Virus record (IMG/VR): IMGVR_UViG_3300020434_000055 | Source: a virus | Lineage: Duplodnaviria; Caudoviricetes | DNA length: 64,000 nucleotides | Strand: one strand, 5' to 3' | Shown here: piece by piece, positions 38,801-48,021 of the stretch | Numbering within the stretch: the first letter of the stretch is position 1 | How the letters are laid out: every line of letters starts with the position of its first letter | The notes under the pieces: generated by a model | Databases searched by the model: none | Told to the model about the DNA's origin: nothing | What the model saw: only the letters and a program-made list of their open reading frames with translations | Program-made: the position numbers and the translations under genes

Positions 38801-39794
38801 TGACATAGATACTAACAATCGTCTTAGCATATTGAGTGGTTCAGATTCTGGAGGTTCTCCTACAGAGGGTCAAGAAATACAATCGGCCTACAACGTATCC
38901 TCTTATGGTGCAGATGATTCTGGCAGTTACGATACATCAAGAGGAGATGGACACGCCTTACCAGGTCGATTCCACGAAGAACATTTAGGATCAGGAGATC
39001 TTATAGCAATTGAAGACGATGGAGCATCCGTCGGAGAAAGACACGGTCACATCGCAGAATGGGACAAAGATGATTCAGACGCAGAATTCTTTGGTGCATA
39101 TATTGGACACGCAGACGGAAACGCATTTGAAAACTCTTGGGACGGCGACGGTAGAGTACAAGCAGACATATTTAAATGGGGATTAGAACAAAATCAAAAT
39201 GTAGATATTATAACAACCGACACAGAATATCTACCAATTGGTGGTTTAAAAACAACATATGGTTGGACCAATACTGCCAATAATACTAAAAGTTCTGTTG
39301 AAGCATTTCATATGGGTAACAATGTTTATATTGGAGGAGGTTTTGATCACTTAGATTGGGTGTGGGATGATTCAGCAAATGCGGCATTCATTGCTGTAAA
39401 CACGGACATGGATGGTGCAGATGAAAACGACGCTCCAACAAGACAAGATGACCATTACCTTGTTATTGGTGCTGATATAGATGGTGATGCAAATCTTTGG
39501 GAAACTACTGACGTATTTGATTTAGATAAAATCGGACTTTGGTCTGATTCGGACGACTTTTTAACACAAGACTCTGATGCTTCAGGCGATTACTACTTTA
39601 AAATTACACCGGTTACTTACGCAAACAGTTCATGGACAGTAGAAACTGATAATACAGTCACAATAGCTGATACATCAAATTATTACAATACAGGATACAT
39701 AGATTTAATGTCTAACTCAGATTTCCAAGACATTAACTACGCAATAATTGAAACGGAATCTGCTTTGATTTCAGATGTACTCGTAACTTATTAA
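35814..39794 (+). CDS. Giant FecR-domain / acidic linker / cadherin-repeat protein (putative T1SS-secreted adhesin)
   Basis: N-terminal FecR-like region (TPTATLTVQGT), Glu-rich linker, three VNEAP-initiated cadherin repeats with LDYE motifs; no signal peptide. Confidence 0.85.
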   Translation: MSDHSIGKITIADGIVVIQRDNQSIELQEGDSIYLNDIVEAKSGSVGITFTDETTFSIDAGSQVVVDEFVYDPGNTGSMNINVLAGNFSYISGEISKMDGDVEIVTPTATLTVQGTNVAGKVSLEGGGDQIVLLPNADGTVGQVLITNQSGSILLTEAFQSTTIASAFMPPTVPVIIPEEIVLKEFGTTINTMQKIKKLAKQEAEEEVEEEVEEEIEEEVEEEVEDPFEEEINEEELEELEEELEEETQPVVDEEVVIEDDIFEEEPIVEEQEDQPVVEDTVIEDEIINDEPEEEDTTTEEDTTTEEEDTTTEEEDTYIPPVIPDPDPPVIEEDEEEDIYVPPVTEEEDNDTYVPPVTEEDEEEPEVNEAPTFETTSAVSVAESLSNGSTLVTMSATDPNTDTSLNTLTYSITAGNDEGKFAINSSTGVITYATQASTLTTQTFESFSNGATATGWSGDNAVLDTNKWTTVLGKINGSISSTQDVYKTFDYSSDYAGKRVAIDFLFWEWGTWDAHNYNPDGGTEQFRVYVNDTNVVADDRRKDGFGAGDKKYGVETQSTGWDPVQDSSFYGDQEGELYTVYGTLDASGDLKLGFGMRVGESESNESGAIDNLKIYLTDLNYEDNQQYVLTVQASDGSLSATTTQTINITDVNEAPRMEEARDPVSVAEDTADNTNIASIFAEDPDGDDITYSITAGNTNSKFSITYYNSTNSGLIETNGSIDYETTPQYTLTITATDEGGLTTTTTQVINVTNVNEAPTLASMNNVSLAESVSSGTSVATASGSDVDASTTLTYSISSGNSAGKFAINSSTGAITTAASLDYETTTSYTLVVQVSDGSLTATTNQVVNITNVTEQFQGTANSGTAATWGANFSNDMVFDNAWANAKIGFFGDFHNFSTSEKNVITNIAEDSAVGFDDALHFADGSIDNYTFKELSNYSMVVDSTISASNTFDDEALVLNLLRAGTTVMVVGENAYWDIGNHASNMKIEYMADLIDSDIDTNNRLSILSGSDSGGSPTEGQEIQSAYNVSSYGADDSGSYDTSRGDGHALPGRFHEEHLGSGDLIAIEDDGASVGERHGHIAEWDKDDSDAEFFGAYIGHADGNAFENSWDGDGRVQADIFKWGLEQNQNVDIITTDTEYLPIGGLKTTYGWTNTANNTKSSVEAFHMGNNVYIGGGFDHLDWVWDDSANAAFIAVNTDMDGADENDAPTRQDDHYLVIGADIDGDANLWETTDVFDLDKIGLWSDSDDFLTQDSDASGDYYFKITPVTYANSSWTVETDNTVTIADTSNYYNTGYIDLMSNSDFQDINYAIIETESALISDVLVTY
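36426..36765 (+). repeat. Coding tandem repeats in the acidic linker
   Basis: 12-nt GAAGAGGAAGTT x5 (EEEV) from 36426; EEDTTT x3 near 36690-36765. Confidence 0.85.
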
Positions 39795-39798
39795 AATT

Positions 39799-41487
39799 AT
39801 GAACAAACTTATTATAACATTATTATTTTTCCTTTTATCCTTTAGCTGGAGTCATGCAGAAATTGAAGGCTCAGATGGATGTACATGGAAAGTAACTGAA
39901 GAAACAGATGAATATATAATGGAGAGCTGTGGTACTAATAATGCTAGGATCAGGCAAAAACATTCTATTGAAATGACTTATGTACCAAGCAAAGAAAAAC
40001 TAGTAAATCCTATAGACAAATTTAAAAAAATTGTTATAACACCAGAGGGAAAAGAAACTGAAAAAGAAATTAAAAAAATAGAAGAGGATATTACAATTAC
40101 AGAAAAAAAAGTTAAAGAGATAATTACAGATAAAGCATTAGAAGAAAAACAAATTATAGAAAGTGGAAAAAATGAAAAGATTATCAACGAAACAAAAGAT
40201 TCGTCAACTACGGATATTAAAGAAGAGATTAAAAAGAAAGAAACATTAACTTGGCAACGTCTCTATCAACTACTTCCAAGTCTTATTGTAAAAAACGAAA
40301 AAGTAAAAGCCGCAGAATTAGATTACGAAGCGGCGGTAGAAACATTAAAGAAAACGTATTCAGCATACTATCCACAAGTAACAATTACATATGGACATAA
40401 TTGGGAAGACGATAGAACACCATCAAAAAGTTCTACGGCTGGAGTTGATTCAATAAAAAATGATGGAAAACATGGCTACCAATCATCTATAACAATCACA
40501 CAAATGATTTGGGACTTTGGACGAACTAATTCTTTAATTGATATGGAACGAACAAAGGCTCAACAAACTTACTTTCATTTAGAACTTGCAAAAGAAGATC
40601 TTGTAATGGAGGCTATTAGTGCTTGGTTAAATTTAATGAAAACCTATAATGTACATGAAGCAAATAAAAAAATAGAAGCCAATGCATTGAAAACACTATC
40701 CATGACGATAGAAAAAGTTAAAAAAGGTGAAGCATCTAAATTAGAACAACTACAAATTGAACAGCAATATAGAACTTTCCAAACATTAACAATGACAAGC
40801 CAGTTAGCAGTTGATTCAGCAAAACAACGATTCCAAAATGTTTGGAGATTTAAACCTCTTGATGTTGCTAATATGCCTATGCCAATTACAGACTTGTTAG
40901 GATTAATACCTGATTCAGGAGCATCTGTAAGAAGTAACACTACATTAAAAATTGCAGATGCAGATATTGAAATTGCACTAGGGCAACTTAGATATGATAA
41001 CGCAGAGTTTAAACCAAGAATAGATGGTAAATTATCTTACACAGAAAAAGAAGGTGAACTAGGCGGAGCATACAATGAACAAAAAGAAGAGTGGAGAGCA
41101 GATATTACATTAAGTTGGAAAATATTTGGTGGATTTTCTAACGTACATCAAAAAAGAAGTGATATGGCAAAACTAGGTTCTGCAGAACTTAGATATGAAG
41201 ACGTTGTAAGAATTGTAAATGAACAATTTAACAATGCTTGGAACAATTACGTATTAGTTGAAAAGAACTTAGAAACACTAAAAAGAACTGTTGAAATTAA
41301 CAAAGAAATGTATGCCTTAACACTTGAAGATTTTAAAGCAGGTAACTCTCCTATCATAGCTGTATTTGGAATGAAGACAGCATATATCATGAGCGAAGTT
41401 GCTTACCAAAATGCACAAATTGACCTTTTAATAGCAAGATATCAATTACATAAAGTTCTTGGACTCGTAGATCCCATCTTCAACTAA
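39799..41487 (+). CDS. TolC-family outer-membrane efflux protein with N-terminal extension
   Basis: Signal peptide; YSAYYPQV, QMIWDFG, ISAWLNL, FKPRID, WKIFGGF, YQLHKVLG. Confidence 0.85.
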   Translation: MNKLIITLLFFLLSFSWSHAEIEGSDGCTWKVTEETDEYIMESCGTNNARIRQKHSIEMTYVPSKEKLVNPIDKFKKIVITPEGKETEKEIKKIEEDITITEKKVKEIITDKALEEKQIIESGKNEKIINETKDSSTTDIKEEIKKKETLTWQRLYQLLPSLIVKNEKVKAAELDYEAAVETLKKTYSAYYPQVTITYGHNWEDDRTPSKSSTAGVDSIKNDGKHGYQSSITITQMIWDFGRTNSLIDMERTKAQQTYFHLELAKEDLVMEAISAWLNLMKTYNVHEANKKIEANALKTLSMTIEKVKKGEASKLEQLQIEQQYRTFQTLTMTSQLAVDSAKQRFQNVWRFKPLDVANMPMPITDLLGLIPDSGASVRSNTTLKIADADIEIALGQLRYDNAEFKPRIDGKLSYTEKEGELGGAYNEQKEEWRADITLSWKIFGGFSNVHQKRSDMAKLGSAELRYEDVVRIVNEQFNNAWNNYVLVEKNLETLKRTVEINKEMYALTLEDFKAGNSPIIAVFGMKTAYIMSEVAYQNAQIDLLIARYQLHKVLGLVDPIFN

Positions 41488-41510
41488 TAAAATCATTAAA
41501 TACAACTATA

Positions 41511-42263
41511 ATGAAAAGTCTAATTCAACATCTATCCCGCGATAAAAAAACTGCTTTGATGTTATTAATCAGTAGTTTAATTATTGGTATATGTGCATTG
41601 ACTCCTGCCTTATTTGTAATCATTGTATTAAACAAGTATCTTGCATCAGGGATTACAGCAACTTTAATATCGTTAACAGCAGGGGCCGTATTAGCTTTAG
41701 GTTTTGAATTCACATTTAGACAAAATAGATCAATAATGATGCAGGAATTTAATCGAAAAATTTATGATCCATTACTAAAAGCATTTGTAGAAAAATTAAA
41801 AACAGTTCAAAATTTACCTACTAACGAATTTAAAAAATTAGATGGTGCTGGTACTATGATTAAAAATATGCGTACCTCATCAGTTACTAGTTGGATATTG
41901 GATTGGCCATTTGTATTATCATTTTTAATAGTTTTAGTTTTTATAAACTGGACCGCGGCTGTTATAACTGCAATTTTTATGATTATATTAAACAGAGTTA
42001 TTACATGGAGAACAAATTTAAATCTTACACAAGATTCTATGTCTAGTGTTGAAATCCTTATAACTGGATTATTAACATTGTCAATTATTGCCATTGGAGC
42101 ATTAATGATTATGCAAGGACGTTTAGATGTTGGAACTTTAATTGGATCTAACATATTAGCCGCGAGAGCATTACAAGGAACAAACAAATATACAAAAGCA
42201 AAGGAGTTTATACAACAACGTGATAGAGCAGTCTCAGAAATCGTCAGTTTCGTCAAGCAGTAA
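41511..42263 (+). CDS. T1SS ABC transporter membrane domain only (no ATPase domain)
   Basis: SSLIIG..AL.PALF...VL, TL..L..G....FEF..RQ.R, LDWPF, G.LDVGTLIG..IL..RAL; ends without Walker A/B. Confidence 0.8.
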   Translation: MKSLIQHLSRDKKTALMLLISSLIIGICALTPALFVIIVLNKYLASGITATLISLTAGAVLALGFEFTFRQNRSIMMQEFNRKIYDPLLKAFVEKLKTVQNLPTNEFKKLDGAGTMIKNMRTSSVTSWILDWPFVLSFLIVLVFINWTAAVITAIFMIILNRVITWRTNLNLTQDSMSSVEILITGLLTLSIIAIGALMIMQGRLDVGTLIGSNILAARALQGTNKYTKAKEFIQQRDRAVSEIVSFVKQ

Positions 42264-42945
42264 ATTCTTTTTAGGAATTACAGCTTTATTTGTAGCATTC
42301 ATAGTATGGATGTGGTTTGCTAAAGTAGATATTACTACTCAAGCAGTAGGATATGTTGTACCTGAAAGTAATTTTACTTCCATAGACACAATGGTTAATG
42401 GACAAGTTATTGAAGTAAAAGTTAAACAAGGTGATTCAGTTAAAAAAGGAGATGTAATTCTTATTATTAATCCAGGTGTAGGTTATGAACCTTATAATGT
42501 AATTGCTAATATAGATGGACGAATACAAACTTTAAATTATAAAAATCCTGGAGCAGTTGTTAATAAAGGTGAAACCATAGTGTTACTAGTCCCTGTAAAT
42601 CAAAAGTTAATTGTAACAGGTAAACTATTTGTTAAAGATAGAGGCTATGTTGAAGTAGGACAATCAGCAAAAATTAAACTTGCTAATCAAGATCAATTAA
42701 AATTTGGACCTATTGATGCAACAATAATATCTATATCGCCAGATGCAGTACAATCACAACAAGGAACTTGGTATGAAATAGAATTAGAACTTGAGCAACA
42801 AAAATTTACTTCAGGTAGTATTGATTATACATTAGTGCCGGGTATACAAGTACAAATCTTTATATTAACTGGTGAAAGAACAATATTAAGTTATGTTACT
42901 ACACCATTCCATAATAGTATAGGACAAGCCTTACAAGAAAGATAA
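42220..42945 (+). CDS. HlyD-family membrane fusion protein lacking the alpha-helical hairpin
   Basis: TM anchor, VKVKQGDSVKKGDVIL, IDGRI, PGAVV..GE.I..LVP, GQSAKIKL, ISPDA, PG..VQ..I.TGERT.LSY. Confidence 0.85.
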   Translation: MIEQSQKSSVSSSSKFFLGITALFVAFIVWMWFAKVDITTQAVGYVVPESNFTSIDTMVNGQVIEVKVKQGDSVKKGDVILIINPGVGYEPYNVIANIDGRIQTLNYKNPGAVVNKGETIVLLVPVNQKLIVTGKLFVKDRGYVEVGQSAKIKLANQDQLKFGPIDATIISISPDAVQSQQGTWYEIELELEQQKFTSGSIDYTLVPGIQVQIFILTGERTILSYVTTPFHNSIGQALQER

Positions 42946-42946
42946 T

Positions 42947-45151
42947 TTAATCTGTTTGAATAATAGTTATTTCTGGTTTAGTAGTATCTGTACCAATTGT
43001 TATATTTTGAGTTTCTGAATCTTGAACTATTTGAATATCTGCAGATTTATCCGTTTCAGTTTTTATATATGCAGTATGACCACCATGCGTTCTGTTTACA
43101 ACTGAATAATTTCCACTTGTAGTAGCAGTAGCATCATCTTCATTGCCACCTGTTGTAAATCTTCCTGTTGCTGTTGTACTTTCACCATCTGTTGTTGTAG
43201 TTTGAGTAAGTTCACCTGTTGTATAATTAATAATTTCACCACTAGTTGTTACTGTTGTTTCTGATCCACTATTGTCAACCCATTCTGTACCACAAGACTG
43301 AGCCGCATTATTCCAATAGTAACCCCAGTTAACACAATCTTCTTCATTATCAATTTCTGCTAACCATAATTCTAATTCTAAATCTTGATCATAATCATCT
43401 TCGTAACCATACTCTTCTTCTAATGATACTGAATCATCATCTTCTTCATACTCGCCATAGTAATACCAGGCATAAGTCCAATCATAAAATGTTTGCCAAT
43501 CGTTCCAAGTCCAATCAGCAATATACTTGTCTTTTAAACTTGGCATATCCCACGGAGCAGGTTGACCTTCACACATTTCCCATTTATAACTGCTTACCCA
43601 ACACCATCCATACCATTTGTTGAAAAGTTGTTTAGATTCTGATGTCCATGAAGTATAATTTTTAAACAACTTCCAGTCATCTGTATACCAGTCATTTAAG
43701 TAATCTATATATTCTTGATTACACCAATCACTACCATAGCCATTGTAATTACAATAATTTTCTATTGTTAAAGTTGGCGGACCTCCATTTGCTATGTAAT
43801 CTGCGTTAGCATAATATTCATCATTTAAAGCAAAATCTTCCCAAGTGTATCCTTCAACTGTAGACGTTGCTTCTTCTTCAACTTCTTCAGATTTATCTTC
43901 TACTTGATTATCATAAGCCGTTAAACCATAATCTTCTAATAGGTCGTTATATTCTTCCATATATTCGTCCCAATTAACTTCATCCCAATTAATAGAATCC
44001 CAATTAATTGTGTCCCACGTACAATCTGAACAACCTATTGCGTCAAAGTATGCTTGGTCCATTTCTGCATACATCTGTTTAGCATCATCCCAATCCATTG
44101 TTTGTTCGCCTTCAGCGTCCCATACTGATATTTGATTGTCATCATCTATATAACCCCAATCTTTTAAATCGTCTTCCCATTCATCATAGTAAGATGTGTC
44201 TATGTCTGATTCTACTACTTCGTCTACTACTATATCTTGAGTAGAACTTGTATCTATTTCACTTGATTGTGTTGTAAAATCTTCAACTACCGCCGTAGTG
44301 TCTGATGTTAGTGTATCTGATTCAATTGTTAATTCCTCTGATACAATTTGTTCTTCTATTTCATTAGCTTCTTTGGCATCCATTTCTATTTCTAAAGTTT
44401 CTTGTTCTAACAACTCATTAGATTCAAACATTTCTTTTTCATTTTCTAAAAATTCGTTATTATCTTTTCTATCAAATTGAAGGTCGTTTTTATCTTCAAT
44501 GTCGTCTTCTACACTATCTAAATCAAATAAATTCTTTTTCTGAAGATTATCTAATGGGGATGGTGCCCTAGGTACTAGGTTATCACTAAGAACTGTTACT
44601 GATGTATATACTTGAGTTATTGTTTGAGAGCCTGCATCATTAGAAACTGTAACTGCTCCTACTTGTCCAGAAGAATCAGGAAGTAATGTAATTGTAGTAA
44701 CACCGCTTGTTGATACTGATCCTGAAAATGCTGTACCTTGTACTGTAATTGATGCTGTTGGCGTTACAATTTCAACGTCTCCTCCTAACTTAGAAACTTC
44801 GCCAGACTCATAGGTAAACGTTCCTACGTTAACCGATACGTTCATTGAAATTTCTATTGGTACAACTGTTGTATCAAAAGCAAATTCATCAATTAAAAAT
44901 TCTGTATTGGGTGCAAGAGTAACTTTTGTATTATCTACGAACACAATGTTCATAGCACCATCTTCTCCAGTTTGGAGAAAGTCATGCATTTCTAAAAGAT
45001 ATCCTGAAACAACCTTATAAGTTTTTCCTGAACGTTCATTAAACGTAGAACCCATTTTATCTTTAACTTCACCTACAGTTATAGCTAAAGCATTTGTAAC
45101 AAATAGTATTAAAAATGATACCACAAAGAAGAACTTCTTCATGATTAACAC
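42947..45151 (-). CDS. Secreted FecR-domain protein with long acidic Trp/Tyr-rich region
   Basis: Signal peptide; D.LQTG.DG.M.IVF.D.TKV.L..NTEF.IDEF, TPTASITVQGT. Confidence 0.85.
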   Translation of the reverse strand: MLIMKKFFFVVSFLILFVTNALAITVGEVKDKMGSTFNERSGKTYKVVSGYLLEMHDFLQTGEDGAMNIVFVDNTKVTLAPNTEFLIDEFAFDTTVVPIEISMNVSVNVGTFTYESGEVSKLGGDVEIVTPTASITVQGTAFSGSVSTSGVTTITLLPDSSGQVGAVTVSNDAGSQTITQVYTSVTVLSDNLVPRAPSPLDNLQKKNLFDLDSVEDDIEDKNDLQFDRKDNNEFLENEKEMFESNELLEQETLEIEMDAKEANEIEEQIVSEELTIESDTLTSDTTAVVEDFTTQSSEIDTSSTQDIVVDEVVESDIDTSYYDEWEDDLKDWGYIDDDNQISVWDAEGEQTMDWDDAKQMYAEMDQAYFDAIGCSDCTWDTINWDSINWDEVNWDEYMEEYNDLLEDYGLTAYDNQVEDKSEEVEEEATSTVEGYTWEDFALNDEYYANADYIANGGPPTLTIENYCNYNGYGSDWCNQEYIDYLNDWYTDDWKLFKNYTSWTSESKQLFNKWYGWCWVSSYKWEMCEGQPAPWDMPSLKDKYIADWTWNDWQTFYDWTYAWYYYGEYEEDDDSVSLEEEYGYEDDYDQDLELELWLAEIDNEEDCVNWGYYWNNAAQSCGTEWVDNSGSETTVTTSGEIINYTTGELTQTTTTDGESTTATGRFTTGGNEDDATATTSGNYSVVNRTHGGHTAYIKTETDKSADIQIVQDSETQNITIGTDTTKPEITIIQTD

Positions 45152-46236
45152 CCGTTGGATACGTTTTGAGTAAGATTGCCGGATTGATTATTTCTATTGT
45201 ACGAATATGTACAAGTATCTGAACCGTCTTGTGTAAAGTTTAATGTATAATCGTAAATTGAATCACCTGATACAGTAACGTGAGCTGTATTACTTCCACC
45301 TGTTTGAGCAAAGTTTATATTTGAATCATCTGTATAGATATAAATTCTAGCAGTATTATTTCCACCTGCCATATGTAGTCCTAATGTATTATCATCTCCA
45401 GATATGTACGTTCTCAAATAATTGCCGTCACCCAATATCGTCATAGTATCTCCATAAGGATCAGTATCAACACTAGTGTAACTAGAGTGAATATCTAAAA
45501 TATTTGAACTACCTATAATATCGTGAAGTTGATAATTGCCCGTACCATACGATGAAGTGTGTAATCTATTTGAATTACCAACTATATAAACATCAATTGA
45601 TGCACCTTCACTTCCTGATGAATCTGCAAACTGACTATGCGAAGCAGTTTGTGGACCAATTGCCTTATTAGCATTTGTATTAAATCCTTCTGAATCAGCA
45701 GTGCTATAAAACTGTACATCATTTGAATCTCCCGCCATACGAACATATAAGAAATGATCATCACCTCTACTACGAACCCAAAAAGTATTTGAATCTCCAT
45801 AGATATCTAAATCAACGTTAAGATTGTCCATATCATCGGCGCCCCAGGCGTCAAAATCTACAATGTTTAAATCACCTGTAATATCTATGTCATAATAATG
45901 ACCAGAAGAATTCGTATCATCTATATCAGGTCTCAATTTATTACCATCACCAGTTGCTGTATAATCAAAGGTCATATTAGTACCTTTAAAAGATAAGTGA
46001 TACGAATTATCAGTTACATTTGAATCACCTATTTGTTTAATAATAACAGTTAAATTGTTTCCATCAATTTTAAAAGGAGCACTAGCACTCATTCCAAACG
46101 TGTTGTTTGAACCGTCTTGTTTTATGTAAATGTCTTGACCTGTTTGGCCAATTTGTGTTATATAGACTTGATTACTTGCATAACAATTAATCGTCGTTGC
46201 TAGTAACAATATCAGACTCAATAATAATGCTTTCAT
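45145..46236 (-). CDS. Curlin-repeat protein (CsgA/CsgB-like; start revised from 46266)
   Basis: Signal peptide; about a dozen ~22-aa repeats with xxGxxN (QDGSNN, QIGDSN, ATGDGN, IYGDSN, MAGDSN, QTGGSN); GGAGG SD; adjacent to csgG/csgF. Confidence 0.8.
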   Translation of the reverse strand: MKALLLSLILLLATTINCYASNQVYITQIGQTGQDIYIKQDGSNNTFGMSASAPFKIDGNNLTVIIKQIGDSNVTDNSYHLSFKGTNMTFDYTATGDGNKLRPDIDDTNSSGHYYDIDITGDLNIVDFDAWGADDMDNLNVDLDIYGDSNTFWVRSRGDDHFLYVRMAGDSNDVQFYSTADSEGFNTNANKAIGPQTASHSQFADSSGSEGASIDVYIVGNSNRLHTSSYGTGNYQLHDIIGSSNILDIHSSYTSVDTDPYGDTMTILGDGNYLRTYISGDDNTLGLHMAGGNNTARIYIYTDDSNINFAQTGGSNTAHVTVSGDSIYDYTLNFTQDGSDTCTYSYNRNNQSGNLTQNVSNGC

Positions 46237-47467
46237 CTGCAACCTCCAATGCGGCTTTAGTGTCATTCATTTCTGCTTGTAATTTTACTTTACGATCTTC
46301 TTTCATCTCGAGCTTTAATTGTTTCGCAACTAATATTTTTAAGTGTTCTTGATATTCTGCCCAAGTTTTAAATTCTGTACCGTTAGCTTTATTGTACCAA
46401 GCTAATTCATTTTTTTGAACTTTCTTTAAATGTTTTTTAGCCAACAATGCGGCTTTCTTAGCTTCTTTCTCTGCCAACAATGCTTCTTTTTTAGCTAACT
46501 TCTCTGCTTTAATTAATTCTTTTTTAGCTTTCTTCTCTTCTAATAATGCAAGTTTTTTAGCTTTCTTCTCTGCTAGGTATTCTTCCCTTGTTTTAACTTT
46601 TATTATTGTTTGTTCAACATCTAATGATACCTTTTCTTCAGTTACTACTTCTGCATCTGATTCTTCAATAACTTCTGGTAGTACTGGTTCAGGTGGTAGT
46701 TTAATTTTCCATAGTTCTTTTTTAGCACCTACTTGTATAATTTCTGCAACGCCGGCTTCAATTGCTTTTCTTACAGCAAAAGTTACTGGTTCGTTTCTTG
46801 CCACTCCTGCTTCTGATTCTAATAACATTGTATCAGCATCAAAGTATTTGAATATATCTGCACCTTTTCCTGTTGAGAATATTGTTTTTTCGATTGTTGT
46901 TGATATAACAACCTCACCTGTTTGCACATTTACTAATCTTAAAATAATAGTAACTACATCCTGTCTGTATTGTGTATTGGCTTGTACGCCTAAAATTCTT
47001 GCACCTATTCCACCTGATTTAGTATCTGAATCGTAACCTACTATACCACCTGTAATATAAGCACCAGCAAATAGTAATGCTGGTAATGGTTCAGCATTAT
47101 CTCCATCTGCCATTTGTCTTGTTGATCTAATAAGTTTTCTTTCTTGTAATAGACTTGGTAGACTTGCTCTTTCAACAACTCTAAACCATTTGCCGTCTCC
47201 AACATCTTGTAATGCTTTAATTAAAATTTGATATGAACCTTGAGTTACTGCTGTACTCATTGATGCAAAATTGCCACCTGGCTTCTTTTGTCCAGTCATA
47301 TCTAAGAAGTCATACACAGCAATTATAACAGGGTCTCCATCTAATTCAGGAACCTCTATATATGTTTTTGCAGTTGGTACTTGAGTTCTAAAATCAAAAT
47401 CTGGTTTTCCGGCGCAACTAGCTAAAAACAATGTTGCTAAAAATATGATTGCTAATTTTTTAAACAT
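46187..47467 (-). CDS. csgG: Curli secretion channel CsgG with C-terminal Lys/Ala/Glu-rich extension
   Basis: FLASC lipobox, AVYDFLDMTGQ.KP, STAVTQG, WFRVVER..L..LLQERKLIR, G.I.GYDS, QYRQD.VT..LRLV...TGEV. Confidence 0.93.
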   Translation of the reverse strand: MFKKLAIIFLATLFLASCAGKPDFDFRTQVPTAKTYIEVPELDGDPVIIAVYDFLDMTGQKKPGGNFASMSTAVTQGSYQILIKALQDVGDGKWFRVVERASLPSLLQERKLIRSTRQMADGDNAEPLPALLFAGAYITGGIVGYDSDTKSGGIGARILGVQANTQYRQDVVTIILRLVNVQTGEVVISTTIEKTIFSTGKGADIFKYFDADTMLLESEAGVARNEPVTFAVRKAIEAGVAEIIQVGAKKELWKIKLPPEPVLPEVIEESDAEVVTEEKVSLDVEQTIIKVKTREEYLAEKKAKKLALLEEKKAKKELIKAEKLAKKEALLAEKEAKKAALLAKKHLKKVQKNELAWYNKANGTEFKTWAEYQEHLKILVAKQLKLEMKEDRKVKLQAEMNDTKAALEVADESIIIESDIVTSNDD

Positions 47468-47472
47468 TATTA

Positions 47473-47922
47473 TTAGTCTTCCTTCGGCATTGTAAATGTT
47501 GTTACAGTTCCATCAGTTTCAGTCACAGTAACAACTACGTTACCTGTGTTAGGTGTAGTCCAAGTTACAATTTCTCCACCAACTGGTGATGTAAATGTTC
47601 CTGAATCTTGTTGTAAGCCGTCAGCACCAAATACGTTTGTTGTAATTTGTTTTGCCAATGCTGTATAAAATCTTGATTCTAAATTTGCTTTGAATTTTGC
47701 AATCGCAGTATTCTTTGCATCTTGCTCTGCTTTGTCAGCCGCGGCTTTTTCAGCGGCTTTTATAGCATCTTTTCTTGTTTTTTCTATGTTTTCAATAGTC
47801 AAATAGTGTGAACTTTTGCCCTCTCCACTAAAAGATGGGCTATGAAACTTAAAACCTATTTCACTGGCGTTTACACCAGTCATTATAAAGCAAAATAGTA
47901 ATATAGCTGTTAGAATCTTCAT
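47473..47922 (-). CDS. csgF: Curli assembly protein CsgF (start revised from 47934)
   Basis: Signal peptide then ASEIGFKFHSPSFSG, L.IEN, F..NLESR.Y..LA, SG.F. Confidence 0.85.
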   Translation of the reverse strand: MKILTAILLFCFIMTGVNASEIGFKFHSPSFSGEGKSSHYLTIENIEKTRKDAIKAAEKAAADKAEQDAKNTAIAKFKANLESRFYTALAKQITTNVFGADGLQQDSGTFTSPVGGEIVTWTTPNTGNVVVTVTETDGTVTTFTMPKED

Positions 47923-48021
47923 TGTACTCCTCAAATTTGTCTAATTCTATTAATGTTAATATTTATGCACAACCAATCAGATAAACTAGTCGGTTAAAGT
48001 TTACTTAAATATTATACTATT

